Part shown: in pieces, positions 51,061 through 62,269 of the stretch
How the letters are laid out: each line of letters begins with the position of its first letter
Position numbering within the stretch: the stretch's first letter is position 1
Source: Fistulifera solaris
Lineage: Eukaryota
Assembly: GCA_030295235.1 (NCBI GenBank)
Contig: AP026126.1
Location: forward strand, 558,001 to 622,000
Reading direction: 5' to 3'
Length of the DNA: 64,000 nt
Notes under the pieces: generated by a model
Database searches by the model: none
The model's input: the letters and a program-made list of their open reading frames with translations, nothing else
Told to the model about the DNA's origin: nothing
Program-made: the position numbers and the translations under genes

Positions 51061-51653
51061 GAACTCTACGTGTGCAGAGTTGCTAGATTTATACAAACCA
51101 GTGTGATAGCAAAGATATGATTTAGAACTAGATTATCATTTATTGAAATTATCTCAATGAGGTCTGACCACTAGCTAGCCAAAAAATTGGGACTTGTACT
51201 CAACGTCTGTCAAACATATTTTAACCACGCCACTGATAGACGCGCCATTCACCGGGCCCTAGCAAAGTAAAGCCCTATTTGACTGAGCTTCTTGCTTGTG
51301 AAAGTAGATAAGAGGAAAAGCAATAGCGTGAAGCGGAGGAACGCCAGAGTTGTCACTAGATAAGAGGACCTTTACGGTTGGCAGTGTTCATGACTGAAAA
51401 TAATTTTAAGTCGTCGTAATTAATTACGATGTATTACAAGACTTATGACAACTCGTCAGTCACGAAAGTACGTATCCTCTTATTCTTTCTCATTCCTCTT
51501 TGCAGCGCTTCGTGTCTTCACACCACATCATCGTCGTCATCATCATTTATTTCAAGGCTTAACGTGTTTTGACAGCCAATTCAACGGTAAACCTCGAAAC
51601 AGATTCAAGCACGTAATACATTTCAAAACTGAAACAGGCTGCAAGACTTCACA

Positions 51654-52769
51654 ATGAAATTCCAGTCGACAATTACCGCCTCCCTGTTGGCGACAGCCTT
51701 CGGTTTTCAGCCCCCACAACAACTCTCTGTGAGAACGACATCCACAGAACTTCACATGTCTTCTGTTCTACCGAAAGCCGCCGTAAAAGTTGCCACGATA
51801 GCTGCTGGAGCTGCCTTAGCAGGAACCGCCGGAGTGAAACTGATCCTTGACAAACCATCTCGTACGTATGCTGAGGGATCCGTCGGTGACGAGTATGATG
51901 CATGGACATCCGAGGGGATTTTGGAGTATTACTGGGGCGAACACATTCATCTGGGTTACTATACCCCTGAAGAAATGAAAGCCGGTTACAAAAAGAAAGA
52001 TTTTATTCAAGCAAAATACGATTTTATTGACAAAATGATGGAGTTTGGTGACATTAACCCCGCTCAGTTCAAGAATGCCAATGTTCTCGATGTTGGCTGT
52101 GGATTTGGTGGAACTTCTCGGTATCTCGCTAAAGCACTCGGGCCCAGTTCTCATGTAACGGGTATCACTCTGAGTCCGAATCAGGTGAAACGTGGTACAG
52201 AGCTGGCGGTAGAGCAAGGTGTTGCCGACAACACCAAGTTCATGGTGATGGATGCCCTCAAAATGGATTTTCCAGACAACTCGTTCGACATTGTTTGGGC
52301 GTGCGAAAGTGGAGAACACATGCCTGACAAAAAGGCATACATTGAGCAAATGATGCGTGTTCTCAAACCTGGAGGCAAATTTGTCATGGCATGTTGGTCG
52401 CAACGTGAGGAAGGGGACCAACCCTTTACCAAGCGTGACAAGCGTGACCTACAATATTTGTACGAAGAATGGTCACATCCTTACTTTGTTTCTATTAATT
52501 ATTTCAAAAAGCTCATTGATGATACTGGTGTGATGGGCGAGGTTAAAACCGCCAACTGGGTCGACGAAACGATTGCGTCGTGGCGCCACTCGGTTTGGGT
52601 CGGTATCTTTGATCCTCGTGGCTGGATTTTCAAACCAAAGCAATATTACAAGTGCGTCCGAGACGCCTACTGCCTCGAACGAATGCACCGCGCTTTCAAG
52701 CGTGGTCTCATGGAGTACGGAATGTGGGCGGCAACCAAAAAGTACCGCCCCAGCCGCCGCCGAGTCTAG
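51654..52769 (+). CDS. Cyanobacterial-type MPBQ/MSBQ methyltransferase (tocopherol/plastoquinone synthesis; gamma-TMT-related family), plastid-targeted
   Basis: SVGDEYDAWTSEGILEYYWGEHIHLGYY, SAM motif VLDVGCGFGGTSR, WACESGEHMPDK; leader MKFQSTITASLLATAFG-F. Confidence 0.85.
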   Translation: MKFQSTITASLLATAFGFQPPQQLSVRTTSTELHMSSVLPKAAVKVATIAAGAALAGTAGVKLILDKPSRTYAEGSVGDEYDAWTSEGILEYYWGEHIHLGYYTPEEMKAGYKKKDFIQAKYDFIDKMMEFGDINPAQFKNANVLDVGCGFGGTSRYLAKALGPSSHVTGITLSPNQVKRGTELAVEQGVADNTKFMVMDALKMDFPDNSFDIVWACESGEHMPDKKAYIEQMMRVLKPGGKFVMACWSQREEGDQPFTKRDKRDLQYLYEEWSHPYFVSINYFKKLIDDTGVMGEVKTANWVDETIASWRHSVWVGIFDPRGWIFKPKQYYKCVRDAYCLERMHRAFKRGLMEYGMWAATKKYRPSRRRV

Positions 52770-52865
52770 AGAAGAAAGCTCAGCGTCTAGTTAAATTACT
52801 AAGAGAATTTCTCATTAGTTCTTAAAAAGGATGTAAAGAAATCATTACAAGCACCAGTCATTTAC

Positions 52866-54005
52866 TTAGTCATTCTTTTTCGTAGCGTCCTCCATTGTTC
52901 GGCCTTGTACTATGTCCATAAACCGGGATGACATGGTTGGGATAGCAGACTTTTTGTCCGTGTCGACAGTATCTGAATTGGACTCAGTCACCAGGCACTG
53001 ATCTTCACCTGACGAATCGGCAGAACTTTGCTCGGGGGAATGGGAAAGAGCCGCCTTCACAAAGCCTTTCATTGCATCCCAATAGGGCTGGCCGCCGTGC
53101 ATGTGAGTATCATTATGTGTACCTTCAGGTACTACGTGCATCCGCACAAGCCGTGATGGCTTGGTTGACTGCAATTGGAACAATTCCAACATTTGCTCGT
53201 GTGGTACGAGTTCATCTTTGCCGCCCGCCATGTACAGCGTAGGTGTCTCCAAGTATGGGGCAATCTTGGTCGAATCCCACCCAATTCTTAATACCAGAGC
53301 CTTGATCGGTGTAAGAAATGGCATGAGCTGATCTACCATGGCGGATATGGATGTAAAAGTGTTTTCCACAATAACACCCGCCAATGGAATATCTTTTCGC
53401 TGCGCAAAATCTGCTAAATGGAACGCCACGGCTCCTCCCAGCGAACGGCCAAACAAAAATACTTGTTTCAGATCGATCCGCGGGTGCGACTGGCAAAATT
53501 GTAAAGCTGCTTCCGCATCCAAACGCAATCCTTTCTCACTGGGCCCGACATGCGACTCGCTGTCTCCGTAGCCACGATACTCCACCAACAACACATTTGC
53601 TCGCAGCTGCTTTGACATTTTAATAGCATTCGGTAATCTTAAGCCAATGTTACCAGCATTCCCGTGAAAGAAGATGACAGTAGGGACTTGTTTGTTCACA
53701 TTGTTGTCGTGAAAAATCAACCATGAGTGTATTTTGACTCCGTCTGGACACGGCATCATGATCGATTCAAAGGGAAGGTCTTCGTATTCGCTCGGGGATC
53801 GGTAGCCTCTCGGATTTCGTCTGGGTGATTTCGGCAAGCCTCCAATGGTCGGAAAGTATAGTAGATTGTCTTGTTTCATATAAAGAATAGCCGCCACAAC
53901 AATCGCCACACCTCCGGTGAAATAACCCAGCCGACAGGCAAAGGTCACCAGTGTCGAAGAGAGAAAGCTACTTTGAGTAGCCAGATTGCTAGAATCTTCG
54001 GTCAT
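52866..54005 (-). CDS. ABHD13: ABHD13/BEM46-like alpha/beta hydrolase
   Basis: N-terminal TM followed by QDNLLYFP, FFHGNAGNIGLR, EYRGYGDS, GRSLGGAVA, VENTFTSI, DELVP, GTHNDT. Confidence 0.9.
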   Translation of the reverse strand: MTEDSSNLATQSSFLSSTLVTFACRLGYFTGGVAIVVAAILYMKQDNLLYFPTIGGLPKSPRRNPRGYRSPSEYEDLPFESIMMPCPDGVKIHSWLIFHDNNVNKQVPTVIFFHGNAGNIGLRLPNAIKMSKQLRANVLLVEYRGYGDSESHVGPSEKGLRLDAEAALQFCQSHPRIDLKQVFLFGRSLGGAVAFHLADFAQRKDIPLAGVIVENTFTSISAMVDQLMPFLTPIKALVLRIGWDSTKIAPYLETPTLYMAGGKDELVPHEQMLELFQLQSTKPSRLVRMHVVPEGTHNDTHMHGGQPYWDAMKGFVKAALSHSPEQSSADSSGEDQCLVTESNSDTVDTDKKSAIPTMSSRFMDIVQGRTMEDATKKND

Positions 54006-54714
54006 GATGGTTCGTTTTTGGAGTATATGAGGATTGTTGTTTTTCGAAGATCGTAATGTTGGTCCGTCGAACTGTGAGGTGCTAAAAATTCTTTTCGATC
54101 GATCGTCGCGTACGTTCTGTTCGTCAAGGAGCTGATCGTTCTACTAATCTCAAAAGAAGTGCACACACGCTTCTTTGATGAACCAGATAGCAAGATAGAC
54201 GACGATAAGACCCACAAAGACCTCGTCTTCATCATTGTCGTGTTGCTATTATTTGCTCTCTTTTCTTTTCGGTTTCCATCGACAAGAAAAAAGCCAAGCG
54301 CTCCTTTGAGTCACGGAGAGATGACTTCAAGTTTATTTTTTAGGACCGAGTCCGCAGTCTGTACGGCGCCTGGAGAAAGAAGTTAGTGAAGTAGAGTGAT
54401 GTCGGTCCCAGTACCGCATACGTCATTTTTGTCATTTTTGCTTGTCAGATCGGTCTCAGTCCTACTTTGGCAGTCACGGTCATTCCGGTATTCATCCACA
54501 CTCCGAGCGATAATTATTTGAAGAATTTATTCATTTGTCGTGTCCCGTGTGTCCGCTTTCCACCATGTTTTATTTTTATTGCTCTCGAAAGACTCCGCGC
54601 TCACACCAACAGCGCGGCCCCGTAGACGCAACTGTTCATTCATTCTTTTAACGACAAGAAGACTTGCTCTTGCGACATACTTTTTTTCTTAGCACTACTA
54701 CATCACGAAAAACA

Positions 54715-56362
54715 ATGAGTGACGACTGGGAACTAAAGATCTGCTGCATGGGCGCAGGATATGTGGGAGGACCGACGATGGCGGTAATTGCCAAACGATG
54801 CCCTAAGGTGCGTTGCGTTGTTGTTAAAACGTTTCTTTGTGTTCTCGATGAGGCTGTATCATGAATAAAGACAGACTTAATTGTCTCTGAGGCCTTACGG
54901 GTTGGGTGATTCTTATGTGTTTCATCATTTGTGCAGCCCGGAGATTTGCCGATGCATCGCACAACGTGCCTTCCCCTGCGTCAAACTCAGTCTTAGCTAC
55001 TTTTCCTAATTCCCTGCTCTACTTTAGATCCGTGTTTGCGTCGTGGACATCTCGCAAAAGCAAATCGATGCCTGGAAGACGGACGATCTTCCTATCTATG
55101 AACCAGGACTTCTAGAAGTCGTTCAGGAGTGTCGCGGTCGCAACCTTTTCTTCTCGACAGATATCGCTGCCGAAATTGAAGCTGCGGACATCATCTTTAT
55201 CTCGGTCAACACACCCACCAAGACACAAGGTATTGGTGCAGGCCGAGCCGCCAATATCAAGAACTGCGAGTTGTGTGCTCGTACGATCGCGGATGTTGCC
55301 ACTACCGGCAAGATTGTTGTCGAGAAGAGCACCGTGCCCGTGCGTACCGCCCAGGCCATTGCGCGGGTCCTCCAGTCCAACGAAAAGGGCCTCAAATTCC
55401 AGGTTCTCTCGAATCCGGAATTCTTGGCGGAAGGAACCGCCATTGCGGATTTGATGAAACCCGATCGCGTCTTGATTGGAGGACAGCAGAGCGAAGAAGG
55501 CTTGGCGGCGGCCGCCAAATTGGTATCGGTGTACGCACACTGGGTTCCCCGTGAACAGATCATTACCACGAATTTGTGGTCCTCCGAATTGAGTAAGTTG
55601 GTGGCAAATGCCTTTTTGGCACAGCGTGTGTCGTCGATCAACTCGATTTCGGCGCTTTGCGAGGCCACGGGTGCCGATGTCTTGGAGATTTCCCGAGCGG
55701 TCGGTATGGACGATCGCATCGGCAAGCGTTTCTTGCAGCCTTCCATTGGGTTCGGTGGTTCGTGTTTCCAAAAGGATATATTGAATCTCGTATACCTCTG
55801 TGAGACGTACGGTCTCAATGAGTGCGCAGCCTACTGGAACCAAGTCATCTTGATGAATGACTTTCAAAAGAAGCGATTCTCGGAAAAGATCGTGGCGAGC
55901 ATGTTCAACACGGTGACGGGCAAGAAGATTGCCATGTTGGGATACGCCTTCAAGAAGGACACGGGTGATGTTCGCGAGACTCCCTCTATGTTCGTCTTGC
56001 GTGACTTGGTGCACGAGCAGGCTCATGTTCATGTCTACGACCCGCAGGTGAAGCGCGAGGACATGTGGATCGAAATGGACTACACGTGCGGAATGAACAA
56101 GGATAATACTCCCCGACTTGAGGAGTCGGTCGTAACGGCCCCCGACGCCTACGCCGCTTGCGAAAAGGCTCACGCCCTTCTCATCCTGACGGAATGGGAT
56201 GAGTTCAAAACGTACGATTACAAGAAAATCTACGAATCCATGATGAAGCCTGCCTTTGTTTTTGACGGACGTAACTTGCTGGATCACGATGCCCTTCGCG
56301 CGATTGGTTTCGAAGTACATGCTCTCGGAAAGCCCGATCCGTTGAAATTCTCTGATCTTTAA
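54715..56362 (+). CDS. UGDH: UDP-glucose 6-dehydrogenase; intron 54808..55027
   Basis: [78 protein letters not shown]. Confidence 0.97.
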
Positions 56363-56854
56363 GAAATGAGTTTTACCAGTGTTCTGCAACAAATTGAAGT
56401 GAGCAATGAACAATGCACCTGTGGCTTGAGTTAAACATAATTAAGGGTTAATTATTAGTGTAAAAAGCCTCCTGCCGTATGTATTTTTAGTTCGATAACA
56501 ACGAAAGTGTCACCATGACGATGATTTTTTGGAGACTGATTTTTGACGACTTCTTTTATTTTCCAGGCTCTTTACAAAGATAGAATGTAAAGTATCTTCA
56601 CCTGTTTATGCTTAGATGGTAAAGCCAAGGACAAACAAAGCTTCACTATGATACTAGAGGACGCGTTTTTAGTTGTGAATTGAGCAAGCATAGAACCAAG
56701 CGATGTATAATCGTCATGGTTATTGCTTATTATGAATCAAGCGACGTTATAGCAAGCATACTTTTTTACTTGGGAGACTTCATACCTGAGCGGCGAAAAG
56801 TGCTGCACGGATCTCGTTGCTCTTAGTAGTAATGACAGAATTGATTTAACATAC

Positions 56855-57137
56855 CACGACTGCATTTCAGTCATGAAGAATGCTTAGAATTTACTATCCT
56901 TACGTCAGAACCGAATCCCTAATGCAAGCTTTATTGCTACAAGCTACCAGGTAGCTAACATGCGGTTGTTCATATTTGTTGACCAACATTTGGTTGTTAT
57001 CATTGTGTATCTATTTATACCAGCACTTACAATCCATGCATCTTCACGTTGAAAAACGTTTGAGTATCGGTATCTTCCCATTCGACAATAGGTATACAGG
57101 TGCGGACAATCTTTTTCACGACTGCTTTTCAGTCATG
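56855..57137 (+). repeat. Pair of dispersed palindrome copies (56855..56875; 57117..57137)
   Basis: CACGACTG-CATTT-CAGTCATGAA and CACGACTG-CTTTT-CAGTCATGAG. Confidence 0.8.
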
Positions 57138-57614
57138 AGTAAATATTTCATGAACCCGACAGCTATTCCTACTACAAGGTAACCTACTGATTCTCTGATT
57201 CTCGGTACGATAATCATATCAAAATACACTAATTTTCATCAGCCTTTTTAATCCACGCTTTGATGGTGACGATGTTGCGTTGACTCCCTCCCCCTGGTTC
57301 TTAGGAACTCGGGACTAAAGACCATGACTGACTTGTCCTGACCGCTATCCGAATGGCTGATCGGCAACATTTCTCGATAATGTGCATCGCGACTGTAGAT
57401 TTTACTGTAAAATTCATTTTTACAGGGTATTCTCTTTTGCTGAACACGAAAACGGCGGCGCCCTTTTCATCTTCGTCGTCAACGAGAAAACAATTCTTGT
57501 GCGCCTATTTGTGATCCTTTTCACCAAAACATTCCGGGGATCAAAGAGCTGAATCTTGAACGTAATGGAGTGGAAAGACGAGGTTGTGCTGCGCTGCTAA
57601 TAACGAGATCGACA

Positions 57615-59738
57615 ATGAGAATACTTTTCTTTTATGTTTTTGCCGGGTCGACCATCGTAGTCTCCAGCTTGTCCCTTTTTCCGCGAATGTTCTGTCGAAT
57701 GAAAGGAGCAGCAACACTTCGGGAGCACTCTCAAGCATTATCTTTCGCTGATAAATCTTCCCTGATGATTTCTTCTTCTTTTGATGACAAAGATAACATG
57801 AATCTCACAAACTCGTCGATATCTGCATCCGAGTACATGGAAATGGCGGCCCGTTACAAGAAAAGAGCAAAGGAGATTATGGACGAGGCAATTGCACTAG
57901 AAGCACAACAACAAGCAAAAAAAGCAATAAAGATACAACAGCAAGATCAAGTGAATCAAGAAGCTATCCGACGTTTCTTTTCGTCGACCAAGAACGTTTC
58001 ATCACAAAGTGTGTCGGAGCTACTGGAAAAGGAGCGATGGACTGTTGATCAGCTTATTCCTATTGTACATACGCTCTATGAGCGAGAAAAATCCGCCATC
58101 GCTGCGAACAATACTGAGCAGCTGGAAGTGGCTAGATCTCTGTTACAAACAATTTTGGATGGCGCAGCTATCACGGACGGGAGAAAGGGACTCGAAAAGT
58201 TGAGCGATAAATCTTCACGATGGTCAGGGAAGGGTTTATCGACTCTCACAGCGCAGTTAAAAGAATGGCGTCGCAAAGACGAGGACAGTTTTCAACGTCG
58301 TTTAGCATCGGACCTATATGATGCGATCAAAAGCAATACCACCATTGAAAAGTACATCAAAAAGTCATTAGGTCTGGCTATTGAAAACGAAGAAGAAACG
58401 GATGTGAAACCGACGGCAGGCAACCAGACGTCAGTTACAGTCCTCCCTTACTGGATTCCTTTATCTCTCTTGCCGTACATTGTTGCGGCTAAGACCTTGT
58501 TGGACCGGAAGGACGTTGAGGATATAAAGGAGAAAGTACTATCGACAAGTCGCTTTTACTGCACGTCGTCAGAATCCGTCCCGGTAGCAGCTTTGTTTAG
58601 AGGAAATATTCGTTCGAAAGGGGCAGTTACAGAGAAGAATAACTCAGAACTGGTGGCAAACGTATTCGACGAAATCCAGCACCTAATGAGGGAAAAATCA
58701 ATTTCATCGCGAGTGCAGTTATTCGTGATGCCTGATCCTGAGTGGGCACCCGACAGAGATAAGCAAGAACCAAAACCGAAACCAGTGATCCTAGCGCTTC
58801 CACGAGCCGTTGTACCGGACGATACATTAGCTGGTCGATCCAAAATTCGAAAGTTGGTGCGAAACGTGGTGTCTTTCACGGCGTTTGCTAGCATATGCAA
58901 TTTTGCGCTCAGGTGCTACTCTTTGAACTGGAGCTTCTACTCATCCATTATCCAGGCGAACAACTTCGCTCATGCCTTGTCTTGCTGTCCCATTGTCGCT
59001 GGTATAATAGCGGTCCAAGCAGCACACGAAGTAGCTCATCTACTTGTTGCACGGAGAAACGGTATCCGAACTGGAAAGCCCGTACCGATTCCCTCTCCTT
59101 ATTTACATGCAGGGCTGTTTGGTTGCATAACCCCGCTACGGAGTTTTCCTCGAAACCGGTGCTCGCTCTTTGATTGGGCGCTGAGCGGACCACTGACGGG
59201 GATCATAGTATCCTTGGTTCTTATGATTTTTGGTTTGCACCACACAGTGAATGCTTCCCATACAGCTCTGTCACGTTTCCCAGTAATCTCTATCGCCGAA
59301 CTGAAATGCAGTTTTCTTGTTGGATCACTTACTTCGCTCATCGCCCCCAAGGTTATGATGCTACCGAATTCGCAACCGATCCCAATGCATCCACTATTCA
59401 TGGTCGGCTTTACAGGAATTCTGTCGTCTGCTCTGAACATGCTGCCGGTATTCCGCTTGGACGGAGGTAGGGCTTGTACGGCAGTATTGGGAACCCGTAC
59501 AAGTGCCCTGGCGTCGTCGTGGACTTTGTTGATGTTGCTTTCGGCAGCCATATCAGGAAGCAGTATTTTTGGCTATTGGGCAGCTATTATTATCTTTTTT
59601 CAACGGCGACAAGATATTCCCGTCCGAGACAGTGTCACCCAAGTCAACGATATGCGCGTGGCTGCATGGATCGCTTCTCTTGCGACCAGCCTTCTCGCTT
59701 TACTACCTTTTCCAGGGGGTCCATTTCCCTTGCTATGA
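57615..59738 (+). CDS. EGY-like site-2 protease (peptidase M50), probably plastid-targeted
   Basis: HEVAH (HExxH), ALSGPLTG, HPLFMVG, NMLPVFRLDGGR (NxxPxxxLDG), multiple TM segments and a signal-like N-terminus. Confidence 0.88.
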   Translation: MRILFFYVFAGSTIVVSSLSLFPRMFCRMKGAATLREHSQALSFADKSSLMISSSFDDKDNMNLTNSSISASEYMEMAARYKKRAKEIMDEAIALEAQQQAKKAIKIQQQDQVNQEAIRRFFSSTKNVSSQSVSELLEKERWTVDQLIPIVHTLYEREKSAIAANNTEQLEVARSLLQTILDGAAITDGRKGLEKLSDKSSRWSGKGLSTLTAQLKEWRRKDEDSFQRRLASDLYDAIKSNTTIEKYIKKSLGLAIENEEETDVKPTAGNQTSVTVLPYWIPLSLLPYIVAAKTLLDRKDVEDIKEKVLSTSRFYCTSSESVPVAALFRGNIRSKGAVTEKNNSELVANVFDEIQHLMREKSISSRVQLFVMPDPEWAPDRDKQEPKPKPVILALPRAVVPDDTLAGRSKIRKLVRNVVSFTAFASICNFALRCYSLNWSFYSSIIQANNFAHALSCCPIVAGIIAVQAAHEVAHLLVARRNGIRTGKPVPIPSPYLHAGLFGCITPLRSFPRNRCSLFDWALSGPLTGIIVSLVLMIFGLHHTVNASHTALSRFPVISIAELKCSFLVGSLTSLIAPKVMMLPNSQPIPMHPLFMVGFTGILSSALNMLPVFRLDGGRACTAVLGTRTSALASSWTLLMLLSAAISGSSIFGYWAAIIIFFQRRQDIPVRDSVTQVNDMRVAAWIASLATSLLALLPFPGGPFPLL

Positions 59739-59876
59739 ATCTTACCACCTACGTTCGGCGTAGAGACAAAGCTTTACAAAAGATATATAAAGTTATAGGA
59801 ATTGTAATTAGACATCTGAGCCCGTTATGCAAAAGTTCGTGTGATCAGCACTATTACGCTGGCTCGAAAAGGCTGC

Positions 59877-61249
59877 CTATTCTAGCATGGGTGCAGATTG
59901 CAATCGATCGCGGTGATAGCTAATATTGTGGCTACCACATTGAAAACTAGTCACAGCTGCCGGCTGATCAACCATTCCGTAGCTATTGAAAAGGCGCCTT
60001 GGGCTTCCATCACCAATCGGAGAAAGGATAAGGTCTTCACCGAAGGAGTCGGAGTTATCCTCCATGTTCCCTTGACGGTAGGACTTTTCAACATCCATAG
60101 CCATGTTTGTATCGGAGTTGCGGCGAACATGCATGATTCTCTGTTGACGATGTGGGGACGGAGATAGATCAAATCCATCAAAGAACATGTCTGGAGCTGA
60201 ATTGTTCATTTTCTGGAAGACCTCGGCTTGCTTGTCCGCCTCGTAGGACCATCCGCCCAAGTTAGGACAAGAATTGTTGAAGATCGCTGATGAAACAACT
60301 TGAGGAGGTCGCACATGCTGAGACTGTTGCTGTAGTTGTTGCCCGATGTGGTAGGGCAATTGCATCATCTGTGATGGTTGTGATCGCAACCCGTTCAATT
60401 CCACTACCGAACGTGCCGACTGATGACCGACAATGTCAATTGTTGCCTTGGGGCCGCCAAATCCTGCAGTGAGCTCTGCATCTAAAGCCCCAAGAAGCGA
60501 GTCCTGAAGTGGTTCATAATTTCGAGAATGCACCATGGATGGCTTCCCCATGTGAAGTACTGTAGGATCGAAGCTCAACGAACTGGAAGAACCTTGTAGA
60601 ACAGAGCTATGAGAACTGTGATTTAGAGAGCTTTGCGAGCTGTGATCCAGATAGCCGTGATCAAGATAGCCCTTTTCACCGTGTTCGGCTTGACGGCGCT
60701 TCTTTTTGGCTGTGTTACTAGACTTGTACTGGTCGTGAAGTGCATCTCGGAAAGCCTGCGAGGTCTTCTCACGGGCGAGGAAATCGCCAACCTCATACCA
60801 GCGACCGCTGGATGAGTCTCGTTTCACAAACCCTCCTTGAGGACTTCGCTGACGAACCTCACAAACGATATCCGAGAGTATATAGGATTTTTCTAGCTTA
60901 GCGGTTGCGTTTGAGTATTCCTCGAGACGGCTCTCAACCAACTTACGGAAACGTTCGTTTCCTACATGGTTAAATGCTTTACGGCCACCTGTGAAAAAGA
61001 CGGAAAGGTAAGTCACTGTGGAAATACAATTTTCAACAAGGGCAATCTTAACGTACGGCCGCCTGCGGGAAAGCGATCAAAGGTAAGGGAAGTTCAAAAC
61101 AAACAAAAAGGACACGAGTCATAAACAGCAACTAACTTACAAATAACATCCCATTCTCCCGGAATATAATGTCGTGGCAATGCCGTCATGTTCTGTCCGG
61201 CAACTCCCTGCACTTCGCTTTCACTTTCCGAATCATTTGAGTCGTTCAT
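59877..61249 (-). CDS. DUF6824-like domain protein; exons 61141..61249, 61057..61062 (micro-exon) and 59877..60988
   Basis: After splicing reads WDVICGRGRKAFNHVGNERFR...GGFVK...WYEVGDFLAREKTSQAFRD; low-complexity S/Q-rich C-terminus. Confidence 0.85.
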
Positions 61250-62119
61250 TGTAATTGATTGCGTATTGTTGTGACCTCGACAAAACGTTTACGTTGTTGC
61301 GTGTTCGTGATCCTGGACTAGCTGACGTTCCGTTTCGTGATTGTTTTTGAGCGTATTTATTTATCAATAATCGTTCCCAAAGCTCCTTGCTTTGATGATT
61401 CAGCTGAGTGGGTCTATTGAAACAACTATCCTATTGCAAGACGATAATGTAACATCATAATGGTGTGGCTTAACACCGCGATGAAGGCTATTCGTAATTA
61501 CAAGGTGGCCAAATTCAAGGGGCTAATTTACTCCATGTGCCCATGCGAATATCTCGACGTGGAAGTATAGATCTAAAATGTAAAGTCATCAGTCAGTCGT
61601 GCTGCTGAATGTCCTATAGTGAAACAGTGGCGCATGGGTAAATGACAGTCATTCTAGTCACGAAGTTAGTTTAGTGCCCATTTCATTTTTATGTTGTAGA
61701 CATGCGACATTAAGCATTGAGACATTGAGAAACGAGGAAAAATCATGAAGAATGCAGTCTTATGAGATTGGGCCAACGTTTTTTAGCGTTTCAATATGTA
61801 TATTATCATATTATTGTTCCATAAATATGGTTTTTGATAATTTACAAGCAGACTGTTCTTATTTTTATTAGTTATTATACATATTTTTCGAAAAACGAAC
61901 AAATCTCGTTAAGCTTGCGTCGCGCTGAGACAGAAGGCTGACAAAAAGCGATTTACAATTGGTTCATTCCTTTCTGCAAAAATGAAGGTCAATTGCAAAC
62001 ACTCCACGATAGTTTCGAGAAAAGTGGATGATGATTCTTTAACAACAATCTGCCCTACACCTCGCATCGTTTGTTCCAAGGACCGTGGCTTTTGATGCAA
62101 GGGCCGACCTTTTCGAAAC

Positions 62120-62132
62120 AGAGAGAGAGAGG

Positions 62133-62169
<37 letters not shown>
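62120..62169. repeat. (GA)n microsatellite, slightly interrupted
   Basis: About 50 nt of AG repeats between the two DUF6824-like genes. Confidence 0.95.
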
Positions 62170-62171
<2 letters not shown>

Positions 62172-62269
62172 GCCACAAAATGGACATATGCCAAGAACGA
62201 AGCATGCTATGGTGCGTCAAACTTCCGTGCAGACAAACGATTCTCGCTTTACTTTCTATAATAAAAGTA

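Noticed and set aside
211..52769. DXR and the MPBQ/MSBQ methyltransferase as a prenylquinone gene cluster
   Set aside because: They are 50 kb apart with many unrelated genes between them.
50247..52769. Recent bacterial insertion (tag plus cyanobacterial-type methyltransferase, both intronless)
   Set aside because: Both families are known in algae and plants, the methyltransferase has a eukaryotic plastid leader, and there is no operon-like spacing or obvious compositional break.
55112..56413. 433-aa antisense ORF over UGDH
   Set aside because: It mirrors the sense codons of a conserved, codon-biased gene and has no recognisable motifs, so it is a shadow ORF.
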